From: Eledone cirrhosa
Lineage: Eukaryota
Assembly: GCA_964016885.1 (NCBI GenBank)
Contig: OZ024743.1
Location: forward strand, 89,404,001-89,468,000
Direction of reading: 5' to 3'
DNA: 64,000 nucleotides
Shown: positions 58,108 through 64,000 of the stretch, one piece after another
Position numbering within the stretch: position 1 is the first letter of the stretch
Layout: each line of letters starts with the position of its first letter
Made by a program: the position numbers and the translations under genes
The notes under the pieces: model-generated
Seen by the model: the letters and a program-made list of their open reading frames with translations, nothing else
What the model was told of the DNA's origin: nothing
Databases searched by the model: none

Positions 58108-58423
58108 GAACAAAAACAACAACAACAACAACAAGAAGTGTGCCGAACATTATAATATATGTTTGGTGAAACTCTACGAATTGTGTCGTGATGAGAGACT
58201 GGTTTTATGGCAGAGTACATAATGATGGTGTAGGAGCTACTATAAGGCACAACTAGACTTTTTATCATATATTTAGTGTATGTCAACGTAGTCATGCTGT
58301 GAATATCATATTAAACAACAATAGTTTATTGACTTAGACTCCGCATTATTATGTCGCATACGTCACATGCTGTGTGCTGTATTATACACTTAGTTAAACA
58401 GCATCATTTCTTTCACAGCAACA

Positions 58424-58522
<99 letters not shown>

Positions 58523-58563
58523 ATAAATAGATGCATATATATATATGTATGTATATAAATAGA

Positions 58564-58604
<41 letters not shown>

Positions 58605-58740
58605 ATAAATAGATGCACATATATATATAATATATATAATACACACACACACACACATACATATATATATATATTACACACATATACATGTATGTATATA
58701 TATATATGTATATATATATATATGTGTATATATATATATG

Positions 58741-58771
<31 letters not shown>

Positions 58772-58862
58772 GTATATATACATATAGATATGTGTGTGTG
58801 TGTGTGTGTGTGTGTATAAGAACTTTACATATATGGATTTTAGTCTTCAAATTTATTATTAT

Positions 58863-58955
<93 letters not shown>

Positions 58956-59138
58956 AATATAATGAAAGTACACGCGACTCACATATACTGACAGGGTGTG
59001 GTAAGGGAGATAAGTGTCGGGACAAAATACTTCAATGAGTGATCACGTGCTCCTCCTCGAAAAATATTTGTAGCAAAATTAGTTTTATATACACATCCTA
59101 ATTAAATATACATTACACACAAGTTATGACATAAGCGA

Positions 59139-59169
<31 letters not shown>

Positions 59170-59989
59170 TGTATGTATGTATGTATGTATGTATGTATGT
59201 ATGTATGTATGTATGTATGTATGTATGTATGTATGTATGTATATATGTAATGTAATACTTCACGGCACAGGCATTGCTTTATATCTAAAGATCTCTGCAC
59301 TTGTCGTCACATGGTACCATGGGCCCAGCACTATGTGTCAATAATTGTCACAAGTGTAGTGTTTGTACCAGAGTTTTCAAGTCGCTGGCTGGACTAAAAA
59401 ATCACACTCGTTCAGCGCATCGGTAGGGGTTCTCCTACATGGATATGTGTATGTGTGTGTGTTTATATGTGTATGTATGTGTGTGTGTGTATGTGTGTGT
59501 ATGTATGTTTGTGTGTATGTGTGTGTGTATGTGTGTGGGTATGTATGTGTGCATGTGTGTGTATATATACGTATGTATGTATGTGAATATGTGTATATGT
59601 ATGTGTGTGTGTATGTATATATGTATGTATGTGTGTGTATGTATGTATATTTGTATGTATGCATGAATATATGAATATATGAACGCGTGTGTATATATGT
59701 ATGTATGTATGTATATATGTATGGTGACTTTGGACATCCTGCAGGACTAAAAACAAGACCTGTCAAAGGGCAAAGGAGCTCTTAAGAGTCAATGGCCATC
59801 CAAAATCACAGGGAGAGATGACCCCTTAGCCTTTGTCAAGGCAGAATTCTAGGAGAAGGAAAACTCTGATATAACACCTGCAACCCTGATGGTATCCAAT
59901 GATGTTGACATGTTCTTCTTTTTGGTAAATATCATCTTGGTTAAGAGAGTGGGACTGGCTTTGTGCAGTGCCTTTGCTCACTATAAAAG

Positions 59990-60220
59990 CTTCACGGCAC
60001 AGGCATTGCTTTATATCTGGAGATATCTATGCACTTGTCATCACATGTACCATGGGCCCAGCACTAGATGTCAATAATGGTCACAAGTGGGGTGTTTGTG
60101 CCAGAGTTTTCAAGTCGTTGGCTGGACTAAAGAGTCACACTCGTTCAGCGCATCGGTAGGGGTTCTCCTACATGGATATAAAGTAATGGCCGTACTCGAA
60201 AACGAGTTGGCAGCCACCAT
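59990..60220 (+). mobile_element. RTE/BovB-like LINE 3' end with C2H2-like motif and (TGTA)n tail; partial duplicate at 59258-59445
   Basis: GVCARVFKSLAGLKSHTRSAHR*, then a short UTR and (TATG)n. Confidence 0.55.
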
Positions 60221-60333
60221 GTATGTATATATGTATGTATATATGTATGTGTGTGTATGTATGCATATTTGTGAGTATGTATGCATGAATATATGAATAT
60301 ATGAACGCGTGTGTGTATGTATATGTATGTATG

Positions 60334-60367
<34 letters not shown>

Positions 60368-60423
60368 TGTATGTATGTATGTATGTATGGATGTATGTAT
60401 GTATGTATGTATGTATGTGTGTG

Positions 60424-60456
<33 letters not shown>

Positions 60457-60495
60457 CTATGTATGTATATATGTATGTATGTGTGTGTGTATATA

Positions 60496-60531
<36 letters not shown>

Positions 60532-60581
60532 TGTATGTATGTATGTATCTATGTATGTATATATGTATGTATCTGTTTGTA

Positions 60582-60617
<36 letters not shown>

Positions 60618-60969
60618 TGTATGTATGTATGTATGTATGTATGTATGTATCTATGTATGTATATATATGTATGTATGTGTGTGTATGTATGTATATTTGT
60701 GAGTATGTATACATGAATATATGAATATATGTACGTGTGTGTATATATGTACGTATGTATTTAAGGTTCATCGGGGCGCCGTCATAGCATACGGCGTATC
60801 ATGGGCACTCTAAACCTAGTGGAGCCACCCCCATCCCCAGGTCTAACTACTATCGAAGGAGAGAGAGAGGGGGGGGGGGGGGGGTCAAAGAACTATAGAG
60901 GAATAAATGAAATGCAGTGTAGTTCTCAGTGGGATTTGAACCCAGACAACAGTTTATATATATATATAT

Positions 60970-61333
<364 letters not shown>

Positions 61334-61370
61334 ACCCTGTTGCAACGTGAAAGGAAGTGTTTTCCTCAAG

Positions 61371-61437
<67 letters not shown>

Positions 61438-61544
61438 ACATACGTATGATATGACAGCGCCGCGATGATCCTTAAATACATACATATATCCACACACGTG
61501 CATATATTCATGCATACATACTCACAAACAAACATACATATATT

Positions 61545-61588
<44 letters not shown>

Positions 61589-61768
61589 TACATACATGCA
61601 CACATACTTACGTACGTATACACACACACGCTCACATATATAGATTAATTAAAGTATGTGTTACTTTATGACCGCCACTTTTGTATGTAGGTTAGAGCAC
61701 TCGAAATATATATAACAGCTATTATGAACAAATGAAGTGAATTATAACCCGTTGACTTGTACTTCATG

Positions 61769-61841
<73 letters not shown>

Positions 61842-61907
61842 AAAAGGTAAACACAAATAACAACACAATCGGAAGGGATATATTAGGTTAACGCTTGATA
61901 TAGCAGA

Positions 61908-61943
61908 TCTTAACGTTTCGGACGCTAGTCCTTCATCAGAAGA
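61908..61943 (-). ncRNA. Minimal type I hammerhead ribozyme (Penelope type)
   Basis: tctt-CTGATGA-aggac tagc gtcc-GAAA-CG-TT-aaga; palindromic ACGT stem III. Confidence 0.8.
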
Positions 61944-62076
61944 AAGAGTGAGAAATAAGATAGATTGAGGCGACAGGCGGGTTGGAATTGGAAAAAAATG
62001 TCTTTAGAGAAAAATAAAAGGTCGATTGATGTTGATATCTGTTGCAAAACTGTTGGTGCTGGTGTTTTGGTGTGTA

Positions 62077-62169
<93 letters not shown>

Positions 62170-62172
<3 letters not shown>

Positions 62173-62415
62173 ATTAGAAATGAAACAACACAAAATATAA
62201 CTACTCTATTACCAAAGGTTTCTGGATCCCAGACAATATTATTATACGTATGGATCGGTCATCAGACGTATAATAATATTGTCTGGGATCCAGAAACCTT
62301 TGGTAATGGAGTAGTTATATTTTGTGTCGTTTCATTTCTAATTAAATAGCTCTGTTCTATACATAGAGCACTCTTTTTTCTTTTGCTTTTCATTCGGAAT
62401 TACCTAACCCACCAC
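62170..62415 (+). mobile_element. Fold-back cassette with a hammerhead core on the - strand (62208-62267)
   Basis: Arms 62170-62249 and 62266-62345; reverse complement reads CTGATGA-ccgatcc...ggatcca-GAAA-CCTTTGG-TA; GAGCACTC at 62366. Confidence 0.72.
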
Positions 62416-62434
62416 CACACACATATATATATAA

Positions 62435-62521
<87 letters not shown>

Positions 62522-62527
<6 letters not shown>

Positions 62528-63117
62528 TAAATTTAGTCCTTCATCAGTGATCTTCCAACCTTCATTGGTATTTCATCGCTTTAAAGACCATATACCTCTG
62601 GTTGTTGCGAGCAACGGCTAAAGAAAGTCGTTGGGACACGTAAATAGGGGGAACGAGCGAGACAGTAAACAAACAAAGATGGTAATGCAACGAAAAGTGA
62701 GGAAGAAGGAGTCAAGTCCCTGAAATCGATGAACATAAGTTCTGTGAAATCGTGGACGACAGAGAATAAGGACCATCAAACCTAGTCGAAATGTGAGTGA
62801 GGAAAGAATCTCGCACAGGTCAAACAGGAGGAAGTAGGAGAGGGAGTAGCAGAGAGTGAGTGAGTGAAAGTGTGAGGAAGAGGCTAACAGAGAGAATGAC
62901 TAGTAGAGGGAGTAAAAGGAAGTGAGAGATACAGAGAAAAGAGGACGCAGTAAGAAAGAAACAGACGGGTCACAGTCTCGCTCGTTCCCCCTATTTACGT
63001 GTCCCAACGACTTTCTTTAGCCGTTGCTCGCACCAACCAGAGGTATATGGTCTTTAAAGCGATGAAATACCAATGAAGGCTGGAAGATCACTGATGAAGG
63101 ACTAAATTTATTCATAT
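62522..63117. mobile_element. Fold-back cassette (~140-bp arms); same family as 51234-51503
   Basis: 62522-62663 is the reverse complement of 62977-63117; contains GAAA-N23-CTGATGAAG. Confidence 0.8.
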
Positions 63118-63159
63118 GTAACCCATTTGCAACCACGCAGCACGCCATGTTTTCATATT

Positions 63160-63191
<32 letters not shown>

Positions 63192-63195
<4 letters not shown>

Positions 63196-63715
63196 TTGAT
63201 TAAAACAACAGGAGGCCGGACTGGTGATGTTCCTTCAAAGTTTTATTGTTACAAAAACACTATATATATTTTATTGACCTGGTTATATAAGATCCTGGCG
63301 ACATCATCAGGTTCGGATTACATAATTAGATAATCAATAAAGGAATTACGGCAAACACAAACAGAAAAAATATTTGATTCGAGGAAGGCCTGCGGTCTAG
63401 CATTTATGGTTGTGTATGTCGTAATTTCTCAATTGGTTAACTAATGAAGCAATCCTCTTTTGATGATGTCGTCAGGATCTTACGTAACCAGGGCACTGAA
63501 ATACATATAGTATTTTTTCAACAATAAAACTTTAAGGGAACATCACCAGTCCAGCCTCCTGTTATTTTAATGAAACCAATATTCAACTCCGTTCCGGCAT
63601 CAACCACAGGATTCAACATCAACGTTGGATGAGTTGCGTAACGCAGAGTACTTTTCCTACTATTACATCATGATTACTAAACGGAATGACCAGTTCTATA
63701 CATTGGTATACGCCT
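63192..63715 (+). mobile_element. Older fold-back cassette with a degenerate hammerhead
   Basis: Arms ~63192-63309 and 63461-63578 with many mismatches; (C)TGATGA-tgtc...ggca-ct-GAAA-TACATA-TA; GAGTACT at 63646. Confidence 0.68.
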
Positions 63716-64000
63716 GTGCGTATATATATATATTCTTTTCTCTTATTTTTAAGCTGTCAATTGTGTGTGTGTGTGTGTTAACTGTTACATAGACACGCAC
63801 ATACGAATATACATACACGAATACATTAGACATCCAAATAGCCAAGCAAGCATTTGTAAATAGGTACGTCTGTACTCATGCCCTGACACACAACACACAC
63901 ATACTAACACACACATACTACCACACACGCATACACATGCACCTCATATTCATTTACTCAATTTCCATTGACTTAGCTTACTCCTCACTAAGTCTCTGCC

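Noticed and set aside
59968-60159. Host C2H2 zinc-finger gene exon
   Set aside because: A single degenerate finger directly followed by a stop, short UTR and SSR tail, and duplicated locally; this fits an RTE-like 3' end.

Overview
AT-rich, microsatellite-saturated animal DNA with no recognisable host protein-coding gene. The repeat content (Nin/Deu-, CORE- and Meta-type tRNA SINEs, R4/Dong, Tx1, RTE, CRE and Penelope-like retroelements) fits a coleoid cephalopod, probably Octopus; this is inference from recalled repeat families, not a search. Nearly all listed ORFs are microsatellite artefacts. Real coding remnants are a near full-length defective mariner (10464-11773), an R4/Dong LINE 3' half, three tandem Tx1/L1 copies in one (TCTA)n array, Penelope GIY-YIG and N-terminal fragments, and older R4, CRE and RTE pieces. 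A non-autonomous Helitron and two hAT-like MITEs with 8-bp TSDs are also present. The most striking structure is a set of about 16 short fold-back (inverted-repeat) cassettes from many unrelated families, mostly sitting inside (TA)n arrays. Several of them, and some related non-folded remnants, carry type I hammerhead ribozyme folds (CTGANGA...GAAA-stem III-TH), and many have a GAGYRCT motif about 30-60 nt from the (TA)n junction. One family is physically continuous with a Penelope GIY-YIG ORF. Three other families instead share a motif with the hammerhead boxes in reversed order at an exact 23-nt spacing (GCG-NN-GAAA-N23-CTGAYGAAG), a candidate undescribed RNA motif. All folds were read by eye and none was computed.
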